Positions 7,294-15,633 of a stretch of DNA of 18,450 nt are shown one piece after another. The notes below the pieces were generated by a model. It made no database searches and was not told where the DNA came from. It worked only from the letters and a program-made list of their open reading frames with translations. The position numbers and the translations under genes were made by a program. Numbering within the stretch: position 1 is the stretch's first letter; every line of letters begins with the position of its first letter. This DNA comes from Caedimonas varicaedens (GTDB lineage: Bacteria > Pseudomonadota > Alphaproteobacteria > Caedimonadales > Caedimonadaceae): the NCBI GenBank assembly GCA_001192655.1, contig BBVC01000012.1:1-18450 (forward strand). The letters run 5' to 3'.

Positions 7294-10200
7294 ATGAAAA
7301 AGATTATTATGGGCTTTTTTGGTTTTTGCTTTGCTTTGGTCGCTATTGCCTTTCTTATCCCTTTTCTGATTGATGTTAATACCTATAAACCTGAAATTTT
7401 GGCAAAAACAAAAGAAGCTTTGGGGCGTGATTTAACCATTGAAGGTAAAATCTCTCTTCGCTTGCTGCCCCTTCCTACCCTTTCTGTTGATAAAATTCAG
7501 TTAGCCAATGTATCTGAAGGATCTCAGCCCTCTATGGCGTCTGTTGACAGAGTAGAACTGCAGATTGCGCTGTTCCCTCTTTTCAGTAAAAAAGTAGAAA
7601 TTGACAAGATCAAGCTTGTGGGAGCGAATATCTTTCTGGAGCGCCTTGGCAATGGGCGCGGAAATTGGGAGTTCTCTCCGTTTCAGAGAAAAGAAACGTC
7701 CGCTCTTTCTCCTTCCTCTTCTCTTCCTGCTTCTTCTGCCTCTGCGCCATCTTCCCAGTTCTTTGATGTGAGCATCAAATCCTGTGAAATTACGGAAGGA
7801 CAACTGAAGTATAAAGATGGAGAAACTCTCTATGATGTGCATAACATTTCTTCCAATATCAGTCTGACATCCTTGCAGGGACCTTTTCATGCAAAAGGTC
7901 AATTAGATTATAAAACTGGTCAAACAGTTTATTTTGAAGTTGATTTGGGAACATTTAAAGATACACAGTCTCTCAGGGCAAATTTGACTCTTGGGAAGAG
8001 TCAAATAAAAACGGAAGGGACGCTGAGTACCATCGATAAATCATATAAGGGTACATTGGAAGGGACGGGTGAGTGGGAGAATCTTGCGCAATTGGCAGGC
8101 TTTAATTTTGTGGTTCCGACTTTTCTAGGAAAGCAGCTTGATGCAAGAATGGATGTCAGTGCATCATTAAAAAAAATTCTGCTGGATAACCTATCTCTAC
8201 GAGGTGGTGATCTGTCTGCTAAAGGACATTTTTCGATCTTTTTGGAAGATAACGTAAAAATACAGGGTGAATTGAATGGTCTGCCCGGTGCGTTGGGAAT
8301 TTCGTTTTCCTCACAGCAAAAGAAGAACGATTTGGGCGGCTTTTTAAAGGTTAATGTGAAAGATCTGAAAAGCTTTTTAAAGCACATTCATTATGATGTA
8401 GCAAGCGTTCCAGAACCCTTGCTTCAGGCATCTTCCTTCAACACTCATTTTAGCGTCACGCCCTTAAATATCAATTTCTCTGACCTGAATTTAGACTTTA
8501 CGTCTGCTAGGGTCGGAGGAGAAATGAAATGGTTGCGGCAAACATCCAAGCCTTCTTTTTCCGTAAACCTGCAAACAGATAATTTAAATCCCTTTCTGGC
8601 ATTGCTGGACATTAAGATGATTGCCAATCAAAAAACCGCCGGCACGATTAAGGGAAAAATTGAGGGAGATCAAAAGAATCTAACATTTGATACGCAAGCG
8701 ACTCTTGACTCAACGGTCATTACCTTGCAAGGGCAAGCGAGAGATCTTGCGCAGCACGCGAGTTTTGAGACAAAGCTTGATATCAAATCCACCTCTTTTA
8801 TTGATCTTTTGAAACGTTTTGAGGTGACATTGCCTTCGCTCTTTAATCACATTGATGTTACCGGGAAGATAGGCGGAGATCTTGCAAAAATACAGATGGA
8901 TACCCGTACGACGCTGAAAGATTTCATTCTGCTTACCCAAGGATTTATCAACAACATAAGCCAAAAGCCAAATTTTGATATCCATATTTCTGCCAGCCAT
9001 CCTGATATAAAGCGATTACTGGGAGCCTTGGGTACATCAGCTCATACAACGTCAGGTCCCTTTACTCTGAAAACACATTTGGGGGGTACTCCTTCTCTTT
9101 TCAAATTAGGTGACATCCAGGGGCTTTTGGGAGCAGCAGGGTCATTTTCAGGATCAATTGATTATTCCCGGCCCGAGACCAAACCTTATATTAATGCAAG
9201 TCTGCGCTTTACCAGCGTTAACCTGGATCATTTGCTTTCTTTCTTGAAAGATTCTGCCACTGTTCCAGCTTTTCCCCACATCATGTTAGCGGCAACAGCA
9301 ACTTCCCCTATGCACTCTCCTTGGTCCCGGGATATTTTGGATCTTAATTTCCTCAGTTATTTTGATGTGGATTTCAAGTTGACGTCCGAGAAAATTTCAA
9401 AAAAAGAAATGGTTTTTGACCACCCTGATTTGATAGCTCAGATCAAAAATGGCATTTTAAAAATAGTGAAGGTAACGGCTTCTGTTTACGGGGGCAGTTT
9501 TACGCTTAAGGGGCAGACGGATAGTCAAAAGAATAATGCAAGTCAATATACGTTCGCTCTCAAGGGTGCTGAATTAAAGAACCTTTCTCCTAAAGAATCA
9601 TCTGTAAAAATAACTCATGGCCAGCTGGATGTTAATGGAAACCTTGTAACATCGGGAAATAGTATTTACAAACTGGTCAGCGCGTTAGAGGGAAAAATCA
9701 CTTTAGATGCCCATGATGGAATTATCAGCGGCTTTGACCTTCAAGCAATTACATCCAATCTTATGAAGCAAAATCGCTTGGAAGGAATCGTCAATTTGCT
9801 TTCTGCTTCTTTTAAAAAAGGGGAAACTCCTTTCTCCAGTCTTGAAGGACTAATTGACATTCAACAGGGCATTGCTCATATCAAAAAGTTGACATTATTG
9901 GCCAAGGGAGGAGAAGGAGCGGCTCATGGAACGATCGATTTTCCTGCCTATACCATGAACGTTGATGCACGGTTTTCTCTGACAGAGCCTAAAAATATCC
10001 CTTCTATTGGCGTGAAATTTATCGGATCTATTGATGCTCCTGTCCGAACAATCGACAGCGATGCCTTACAAAAACATATGACCACCAATGTTCTGAAAGA
10101 TGTTATTGGAAGCATTACGTCAGGCGAGAAAAAACCAGCGGACATCCTCGGAGCCATTCTTGGTGGTGGTGGAAGTGACGAGCAAGCGTCTCCCTCTCCA

Positions 10201-10296
10201 CAAAGCTCGAATCCTGCTCCGCAAAACTCTGATGCCGATAACATCGTAAAAACTCCGGAGAAGGCCCTCAAAAGTTTATTGAAGGGATTATTTTAG
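7294..10296 (+). CDS. AsmA-family envelope protein
   Basis: 1000-aa ORF with a GGTGGAG SD. It has an N-terminal TM anchor, then the typical AsmA opening (FLIPFLIDVNTYKPEILAKTKEALGRDLTIEGKISLRLLPLPTLSVDKIQLAN). The body is long and beta-rich. The C-terminal AsmA_2-like part is G.L.L.DG.I.GFDL, with a low-complexity tail. Confidence 0.9.
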   Translation: MKKIIMGFFGFCFALVAIAFLIPFLIDVNTYKPEILAKTKEALGRDLTIEGKISLRLLPLPTLSVDKIQLANVSEGSQPSMASVDRVELQIALFPLFSKKVEIDKIKLVGANIFLERLGNGRGNWEFSPFQRKETSALSPSSSLPASSASAPSSQFFDVSIKSCEITEGQLKYKDGETLYDVHNISSNISLTSLQGPFHAKGQLDYKTGQTVYFEVDLGTFKDTQSLRANLTLGKSQIKTEGTLSTIDKSYKGTLEGTGEWENLAQLAGFNFVVPTFLGKQLDARMDVSASLKKILLDNLSLRGGDLSAKGHFSIFLEDNVKIQGELNGLPGALGISFSSQQKKNDLGGFLKVNVKDLKSFLKHIHYDVASVPEPLLQASSFNTHFSVTPLNINFSDLNLDFTSARVGGEMKWLRQTSKPSFSVNLQTDNLNPFLALLDIKMIANQKTAGTIKGKIEGDQKNLTFDTQATLDSTVITLQGQARDLAQHASFETKLDIKSTSFIDLLKRFEVTLPSLFNHIDVTGKIGGDLAKIQMDTRTTLKDFILLTQGFINNISQKPNFDIHISASHPDIKRLLGALGTSAHTTSGPFTLKTHLGGTPSLFKLGDIQGLLGAAGSFSGSIDYSRPETKPYINASLRFTSVNLDHLLSFLKDSATVPAFPHIMLAATATSPMHSPWSRDILDLNFLSYFDVDFKLTSEKISKKEMVFDHPDLIAQIKNGILKIVKVTASVYGGSFTLKGQTDSQKNNASQYTFALKGAELKNLSPKESSVKITHGQLDVNGNLVTSGNSIYKLVSALEGKITLDAHDGIISGFDLQAITSNLMKQNRLEGIVNLLSASFKKGETPFSSLEGLIDIQQGIAHIKKLTLLAKGGEGAAHGTIDFPAYTMNVDARFSLTEPKNIPSIGVKFIGSIDAPVRTIDSDALQKHMTTNVLKDVIGSITSGEKKPADILGAILGGGGSDEQASPSPQSSNPAPQNSDADNIVKTPEKALKSLLKGLF

Positions 10297-10336
10297 GAAC
10301 GCTTACACTCTTGGGTGGAAAACATTAATCCTTTTC

Positions 10337-10365
10337 TTGACACTGTCCTGTAATCTTCTTTTAAT
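10337..10365 (+). promoter_or_regulatory. sigma70-like promoter for etfBA
   Basis: TTGACA (10337-10342) - 17 nt - TTTAAT (10360-10365), 31 nt upstream of the etfB ATG. GTGAGG SD at 10385-10390. Confidence 0.5.
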
Positions 10366-10395
10366 AAAGAAAAAATAGAGAACAGTGAGGCACCC

Positions 10396-11145
10396 ATGAA
10401 AGTTTTAATCGCGGTAAAACGGGTTGTGGATTACAACGTAAAAGTCCGGGTTAAACCTGATCATACAGGTGTTGACCTGGTCAATGTTAAAATGTCCATT
10501 AATCCTTTTGATGAAATTGCTGTTGAAGAGAGCGTACGTCTTCTTGAGTCAGGTCAGGCAAAAGAGCTGATCGTTGTTTCTATTGGGCCTCTTCAAGCGC
10601 AAGAAACGCTGCGTTCAGCGCTGGCACTGGGCGTAGACAGAGGAATCCTTGTTCAAACAGATGAAACAGTCGAACCCCTTCATGTTGCAAAAATTCTTAA
10701 AGTCCTTGTCGAACGTGAAAAACCGGACCTTATTCTTCTTGGCAAGCAAGCCATTGATGACGATTGTAATCAGACAGGACAAATGCTGGGAGCGCTTCTA
10801 GGCTGGCCGCAAGGTACTTTTATCTCCAAACTTGTTCTTCAAAATTCAGAGGCAATCGTCACCCGTGAAGTAGATGGGGGGCATGAAACGCTGAAAATAT
10901 CCTTGCCTGCTGTCATCACAACAGACTTGCGCCTCAATGTTCCCCGTTATCCAAAACTTCCCAATATTATGAAAGCAAAGCAAAAACCTCTTGAGATCCT
11001 TTCTCTTGAAACGCTTGGAATTGTGTTAAGCTCCCATCATAAAATTTTAAAAGTTGCCGAACCTCAGACTCGCAAGGCAGGCATCAAGGTAAAAGATGTT
11101 GCTGATCTTGTTCATCATCTGCATGAAGAAGCGAGGATCATATAA
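10396..11145 (+). CDS. etfB: electron transfer flavoprotein beta subunit
   Basis: 249 aa. MKVLIAVKRVVDYNVKVRVKPD..., INPFDEIAVEE, LLGKQAIDDDCNQTGQMLGALLGWPQ and the C-terminal PKLPNIMKAKQKP are all classical EtfB segments. Confidence 0.95.
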   Translation: MKVLIAVKRVVDYNVKVRVKPDHTGVDLVNVKMSINPFDEIAVEESVRLLESGQAKELIVVSIGPLQAQETLRSALALGVDRGILVQTDETVEPLHVAKILKVLVEREKPDLILLGKQAIDDDCNQTGQMLGALLGWPQGTFISKLVLQNSEAIVTREVDGGHETLKISLPAVITTDLRLNVPRYPKLPNIMKAKQKPLEILSLETLGIVLSSHHKILKVAEPQTRKAGIKVKDVADLVHHLHEEARII

Positions 11146-12089
11146 TGACAGTTCTTATTGTTGGAGAACATGACAATACAATTCTGACACCTTCTTCGCT
11201 GCATATGATTTCGGCAGCTCAAAAACTGGGGGGAGACATTGATCTTTTAATCGCGGGAGAAGGATGTTTGCAGGTTGCTCAAAAAGCTTGCAAAATAGAA
11301 GGGCTTCGCAAGGTTCTTTTGTTGGACAAGCCAGAACTGGGACATCATGGGGCGGAAGCCATGGGAGAGGCCGTGGTGCAGATTGGAAAAAGCTACGATT
11401 ATATTATGGCGCCCGCGACAACTTTTGGGAAAAATTTTCTTCCCCGAGTTGCTGCTTTATTGGATGTTGCTCAAATTTCCGATGTTATCGGGATTGAAAG
11501 CAAGGATACATTCGTTCGTCCCATTTATGCGGGAAATGCCATCGTGACTCTACAGTCAAACGATGCTCTCAAAGTCATGACAGTTCGTCCCACTGCTTTC
11601 TCTGCTGTTTCGGTGGGCTCGGGAACGGCAACTCTTGAGAATGTCAGCGCTTCTTTTACGGCAAGGTCTTCAGTTTTTGTAGATCGAAGCGCGGTCAAAT
11701 CCGGACGTCCTGAATTGACGGCGGCACGTGTTGTGGTTTCTGGGGGAAGGGGATTTCAAAACGCCGAGAAATTTAAAATGATTGAAGTCTTGGCGGATCA
11801 ATTGGACGCTGCTATTGGTGCGTCACGGGCTGCGGTTGATGCGGGGTATGTTTCCAATGATTATCAGGTGGGGCAAACAGGAAAAATTGTTGCTCCTGAG
11901 CTTTACATTGCCATCGGCATTTCGGGCGCTATCCAGCATTTGGCAGGCATGAAAGACAGTAAAGTGATTGTGGCCATTAACAAGGATCCTGATGCACCTA
12001 TTTTTCAGATTGCCGACTATAGCCTGGTGGGAGATTTATTCGATATCGTTCCTCAACTCATCCAGTCCCTGCAGGACCTAAAAACCTAA
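11145..12089 (+). CDS. etfA: electron transfer flavoprotein alpha subunit
   Basis: 314 aa. Its start overlaps the etfB stop (TAATG), with GAGGA 8 nt upstream. The FAD-binding C-terminal signature is [60 protein letters not shown]. Confidence 0.95.
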   Translation: MTVLIVGEHDNTILTPSSLHMISAAQKLGGDIDLLIAGEGCLQVAQKACKIEGLRKVLLLDKPELGHHGAEAMGEAVVQIGKSYDYIMAPATTFGKNFLPRVAALLDVAQISDVIGIESKDTFVRPIYAGNAIVTLQSNDALKVMTVRPTAFSAVSVGSGTATLENVSASFTARSSVFVDRSAVKSGRPELTAARVVVSGGRGFQNAEKFKMIEVLADQLDAAIGASRAAVDAGYVSNDYQVGQTGKIVAPELYIAIGISGAIQHLAGMKDSKVIVAINKDPDAPIFQIADYSLVGDLFDIVPQLIQSLQDLKT

Positions 12090-12090
12090 T

Positions 12091-12216
12091 ATACCCTTCG
12101 CCTTTCAAAATCCGGAGTCGTTGGACTTCGGAATTCGTCCTGCTCACGTACTTTATGTACGCTGCACGGGACTCACCACTCGTCTTCCTACCCAGATTTT
12201 GAAATCCTTTGGGTAT
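12091..12216. repeat. ~126-bp nested palindromic intergenic element (REP/RPE/MITE-like) between convergent etfA and the LysR gene
   Basis: The outer arms are ataccc......tttcaaaatcCgg (12091-12115) and ccAgattttgaaa......gggtat (12191-12216), pairing 6+10(+2) bp. An inner hairpin ccggagtc-gttg-gacttcgg sits at 12112-12131. A second imperfect hairpin gtcctgctcacgtac-tttat-gtacgctgcacgggac sits at ~12137-12171. Confidence 0.6.
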
Positions 12217-12352
12217 AGGATATAAAAAAGTTCTTCCTTATTTCCTTCCCTCTTGCCATTCGGATGTTTTTGCCATATAGTTAAGTTGTTGTATTTCAAA
12301 TAGTTATGAAGGTGTATAGAGATGAAAATAGTTAGAGTTGAAGGTATATCTG

Positions 12353-13237
12353 TTAGGCCTTGGCTTTATCCGTAAGGTGCTTTTTTTTAAAAACTCCTTG
12401 CAGGTAATTGCCCAAGAGGTGAACTGTTTGAAATTTTTTGAGAGAAGTAGGATATACATAATAGATAGTGCTAGAAGGGCCCTCCACATTTGGAAGTACC
12501 CGTATAAGTTTGAATCGTTCTATGAATGAAGAATCATGAGATAAGGCAATAATACCTAAACCTGCTTCCGCAGCTTGACACATGCAATCCAAAGAATTAA
12601 AGCGCAAGAAAGGTTTCCTGGACTGTCCTGTTGGCATACCTATAGTTAATAACCAATCTTTATTTAGCTTGTTTGTTATGGGCTTAGATTGCGTATCGAA
12701 CAAGATAATTCTATGATTTTCTAATTCTTCTGGTCTTTGAGGTAAGCCTGTTTTATGAAGATAGCTTTGGCTTGCAAATAACTGTAGTCTTCTTTCATGA
12801 AGGAAAATTTGTTCCAATTCCGTAGCACCAGGATCAAAAGTAGTGATAGCAACATCGGCTTCCCTTTTCGTTAAATCAGGGTTCATATCGTCACAGGAAA
12901 GCGTAATGTGAATCTGGGGGTAAAGCTTGATGAAGCCTTTTATATGCTGAAAAAGAACAGCTGAAGCGTAAGCATGCGTTGTTGTGATCACTAATTCTCC
13001 TGAGATCTCCTCAGCCTTGCCGGACATTTGATTTTGTGCCAGCTCAATTTCAGTCATCATATTTTTCACATGATTGAAGAGGATTTCTCCTTGTTGAGTC
13101 AGAATCAATCCCTTGCGATTACGAATAAAAAGCTTTGAGTTAGCCTGATGTTCCAGTTGCTGGATGCTGCGTGTGACTGAGGGTTGAAACGTACCAAGAC
13201 GCTCTGCCGCTCGTGAAATGCTTCTTTCTTTGGCCAC
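12353..13237 (-). CDS. LysR-family transcriptional regulator (start codon problematic, possibly decaying)
   Basis: 294 aa from GTG 13237. It has an HTH (SISRAAERLGTFQPSVTRSIQQLE), then a LysR substrate-binding domain of normal length. Family-typical N-terminal residues (DYLRHFYY) continue upstream of the GTG to an in-frame TGA at 13271-13273, with no start codon between. No SD precedes the GTG. Confidence 0.8.
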   Translation of the reverse strand: MAKERSISRAAERLGTFQPSVTRSIQQLEHQANSKLFIRNRKGLILTQQGEILFNHVKNMMTEIELAQNQMSGKAEEISGELVITTTHAYASAVLFQHIKGFIKLYPQIHITLSCDDMNPDLTKREADVAITTFDPGATELEQIFLHERRLQLFASQSYLHKTGLPQRPEELENHRIILFDTQSKPITNKLNKDWLLTIGMPTGQSRKPFLRFNSLDCMCQAAEAGLGIIALSHDSSFIERFKLIRVLPNVEGPSSTIYYVYPTSLKKFQTVHLLGNYLQGVFKKKHLTDKAKA

Positions 13238-13563
13238 ATAATAAAAATGCCTGAGATAATCCTTAGATTTTCAGTGGTTTTTAGTTTTGTTCTTTAAAAT
13301 TCATGCACCAATCATGCTCATAGAGACTTTCCCAGATGAAAGATATTTTTTAAGGACGAACTGATCTATTTGAGGATGAAATGGATTTTTTCGCTTTAAA
13401 ATTCATTAAAAATAGATAATAATGCATGGGTGGTATCTGATTATTGAAAGTATGGCAATGGGCATCCCAATAATGATTTTTAAAAACTTCTATCTCACGA
13501 TCGTATAAATCAATAATCAAGAGAGTCATAGATTGTAAATAATTTTAACAGACGGAGATTCAC

Positions 13564-13758
13564 ATGGACAGATACAACATAACAACCCATCAAGGCAGAC
13601 TGCAAATTGTCTTCAAATTAAAGTTGGAGCTATTGCGAGATATAATTTTTGGCAAGTATAAAGCAAGTGCTAAAGACCTTATAAATCTTGTGTCAGATTT
13701 GATAGAAATTAGACAAAAGTTGCAATCTATGCAACCAAAGATGGCATATTTGCAATGA
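13564..13758 (+). CDS. 64-aa ORFan, paralog 1 of a tandem pair
   Basis: GGAG lies 8 nt upstream of the ATG. It is ~30% identical to the next ORF, sharing blocks LQIVFKLKLELLRDII/LEILFRLKLEALQNII and LVSDLIEI/LVSDLLEI. It has no signal peptide or TM segment and is predicted helical. Confidence 0.6.
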   Translation: MDRYNITTHQGRLQIVFKLKLELLRDIIFGKYKASAKDLINLVSDLIEIRQKLQSMQPKMAYLQ

Positions 13759-13790
13759 GTCTATTTTCTATTTCTGAGACGAGAGCATAA
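13755..13790 (+). pseudogene. relic 5' end of the MFS transporter gene, left by tandem duplication
   Basis: atgagtctattttc... encodes MSLFS, as at the real transporter start at 14001 (atgagtttattttc...). It overlaps the upstream stop in the same ATGA arrangement. A 1-nt indel then leads to TAA at 13788-13790. It is offset exactly 246 bp from the functional copy. Confidence 0.55.
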
Positions 13791-13809
13791 ACAGAAGGAA
13801 AAGTTTTCC

Positions 13810-14004
13810 ATGGGTTTGAAAAGCAAATTGAGTTATCAACAAAATTTAGAAATTCTCTTTAGACTAAAGCTGGAAGCATTGCAAAATATAATTAATGACA
13901 GTCATTTTCACAAAGAGATAACAGATATTAAAACTCTCGTTTCAGATTTGTTAGAAATTGCCGTCAATTATGAATCAAAAACACTAAGAGAGATAGCGTC
14001 ATGA
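13810..14004 (+). CDS. 64-aa ORFan, paralog 2, translationally coupled to the MFS transporter
   Basis: AAGGAA lies about 10 nt upstream of the ATG. Its stop overlaps the transporter start (ATGA at 14001-14004). It is a paralog of 13564..13758. Confidence 0.65.
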   Translation: MGLKSKLSYQQNLEILFRLKLEALQNIINDSHFHKEITDIKTLVSDLLEIAVNYESKTLREIAS

Positions 14005-15368
14005 GTTTATTTTCATTCCTGAAACGGGAACAAAAGGAAGCCATAGGGCTGTTGCAGATTGGCACTTTCCTTGAATATTTTGACTTGATGCTCTACGTTC
14101 ACATGGCTGTCCTTCTCAATGATCTTTTCTTCCCCAAAGCTGACCCACATACCGCCTCTTTGATTGCTGCTTTTGCCTTCTGTTCCACCTATGTTTTACG
14201 TCCTTTTGGGGCTTTATTATTTGGCTGGATCGGTGACAATATAGGGCGTAAAACCACAGTCATCATTACGACAATGATGATGGCGGTACCATGCTTGATT
14301 ATGGCAAATTTGCCGACTTATTCCCAAATTGGCATTTCAGCAGCATGGATTGTCACTCTTTGTCGTATGATTCAAGGACTTGCTTCTATGGGAGAATTAA
14401 CCGGTGCCGAAATTTATTTAACTGAAACACTAAAATTTCCAAGACACTACCCAATTGTGGCATTATTAGCGATTTCATCTTCTCTTGGCCCCTTTCTTGC
14501 CTTAGCTGTAGCTTCTCTTGTAACTAGTTCTGGTTTTAACTGGCGGCTTGCTTTTTGGATTGGTGCAGGGATAGCTCTTGTTGGTTCTGCTGCTCGAACA
14601 CGTCTGAGAGAAACACCTGAATTTGTGGATATGAAAAAAACGATAAAAAGAGCTATTGAAATCTCTAGCTGTGATGGTTTAGAAAAGGCAGCGCAATTGC
14701 TCAAAAGTACTAATATCCTTTGGAAAGAAAAACTGAATAAGAAAACAATGGTCTCTTATTTTCTTATTCAATTGGGGTGGCCTATATTTTTTTATTTTAC
14801 ATATATGCACTGTGGTAATGTATTAAAAAATCGATTTGGATTTACTCCAGAGCAAGTTATCCATCAAAATTTTAAAGTCTCTTTTTTTCAGCTTTTCAGT
14901 TTCATTATTGTTGTTTTTGTATGCAAGAAGATTAATCCGTTATTAATATTAAAAATAAGGGCATATGTTCTATTTTCTTTTGTTTGTTTCGTACCCTTTG
15001 TTATGAATCAATTAACGTCGCCAATAGAACTGTTCTTTTTGCAGTCAGCTTTTATTTTTTTTCCATTATGTGTGGTTCCCGCTGTTCCAATTTTTGTTAA
15101 ACATTTTCCTGTTTATCGCCGTTTTACTTGTAACAGCTTTATTTTTGCTTCATCACGTGTTTTAGGATACCTCATCACTTCATTTGGAATTGTATATTTA
15201 ACGGAAACCTTTGGAAGTTACGGTTTGTGGATCATGATGATTCCATCGTGTCTGAGTTTTCTATGGGGAGTCCATCACTTTGAAAAGCTAGAAAAACAAT
15301 TTGAAACACCGACAAATACAAAAGATTTAGCAGAGGAACTGATGGCGTCTCGATCTTTTAGAGCTTAA
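14001..15368 (+). CDS. MFS transporter, metabolite:H+ symporter (MHS/ProP-like) family
   Basis: 455 aa. The N-terminus FLEYFDLMLYVHMA matches the MHS E(W/Y)(Y/F)D..(L/I)Y motif. FGWIGDNIGRKTTVIITTMMM matches the MFS loop 2-3 motif. It has 12 TM-like segments with a central hydrophilic loop. The gene is very AT-rich. Confidence 0.85.
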   Translation: MSLFSFLKREQKEAIGLLQIGTFLEYFDLMLYVHMAVLLNDLFFPKADPHTASLIAAFAFCSTYVLRPFGALLFGWIGDNIGRKTTVIITTMMMAVPCLIMANLPTYSQIGISAAWIVTLCRMIQGLASMGELTGAEIYLTETLKFPRHYPIVALLAISSSLGPFLALAVASLVTSSGFNWRLAFWIGAGIALVGSAARTRLRETPEFVDMKKTIKRAIEISSCDGLEKAAQLLKSTNILWKEKLNKKTMVSYFLIQLGWPIFFYFTYMHCGNVLKNRFGFTPEQVIHQNFKVSFFQLFSFIIVVFVCKKINPLLILKIRAYVLFSFVCFVPFVMNQLTSPIELFFLQSAFIFFPLCVVPAVPIFVKHFPVYRRFTCNSFIFASSRVLGYLITSFGIVYLTETFGSYGLWIMMIPSCLSFLWGVHHFEKLEKQFETPTNTKDLAEELMASRSFRA

Positions 15369-15633
15369 TAACCTTGCCTGTTAAACTTGACCGTTGCTAA
15401 CATGATCTCATGTGTATTGCTTAACTCTTCCATACGATATTCTGTATGTCAAGCTCTTAATTTCTTCAAGAAGCGTAAAAAATTTAGAGATGGATTTTTA
15501 AACTTTTAGCAGAATAGCTGCATTAAAAATAGAACTACGAAAAAATTTTTAAGCACGAATGCAGTTGAGGTACGTTAAGATTGAAACTCCTTAAACACCC
15601 TATCGCTTCCCTGATGCACATCCTTTTTCACCT

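Noticed and set aside
7699-7758. Ser/Pro/Ala low-complexity tract (SALSPSSSLPASSASAPSSQ) in the AsmA-family protein, plus a Gly/Ser/Pro/Gln-rich C-terminal tail (~10150-10240)
   Set aside because: Such disordered linkers are common in large envelope proteins. There is no nucleotide-level tandem repeat or sign of phase-variable slippage.
7501-10271. Several 60-133-aa - strand ORFs inside the AsmA-family gene
   Set aside because: All are nested antisense within a 1000-aa ORF with clear family features. They have no independent signals.
12304-12529. 61-aa (-) and 63-aa (+) ORFs at the 3' end of the LysR gene
   Set aside because: They overlap the LysR coding region or its immediate downstream AT-rich DNA. 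They have no SD and give low-complexity hydrophobic translations. They are probably chance ORFs.
13350-13529. 59-aa - strand ORF (MTLLIIDLYDREIEVFKNHYWDAHCH...) in the LysR/operon intergenic region
   Set aside because: It has no SD and no recognisable motif. It occupies the divergent promoter/operator region and spans one of the 13-bp repeats. It may be a degraded gene remnant, but I cannot support it as a gene.
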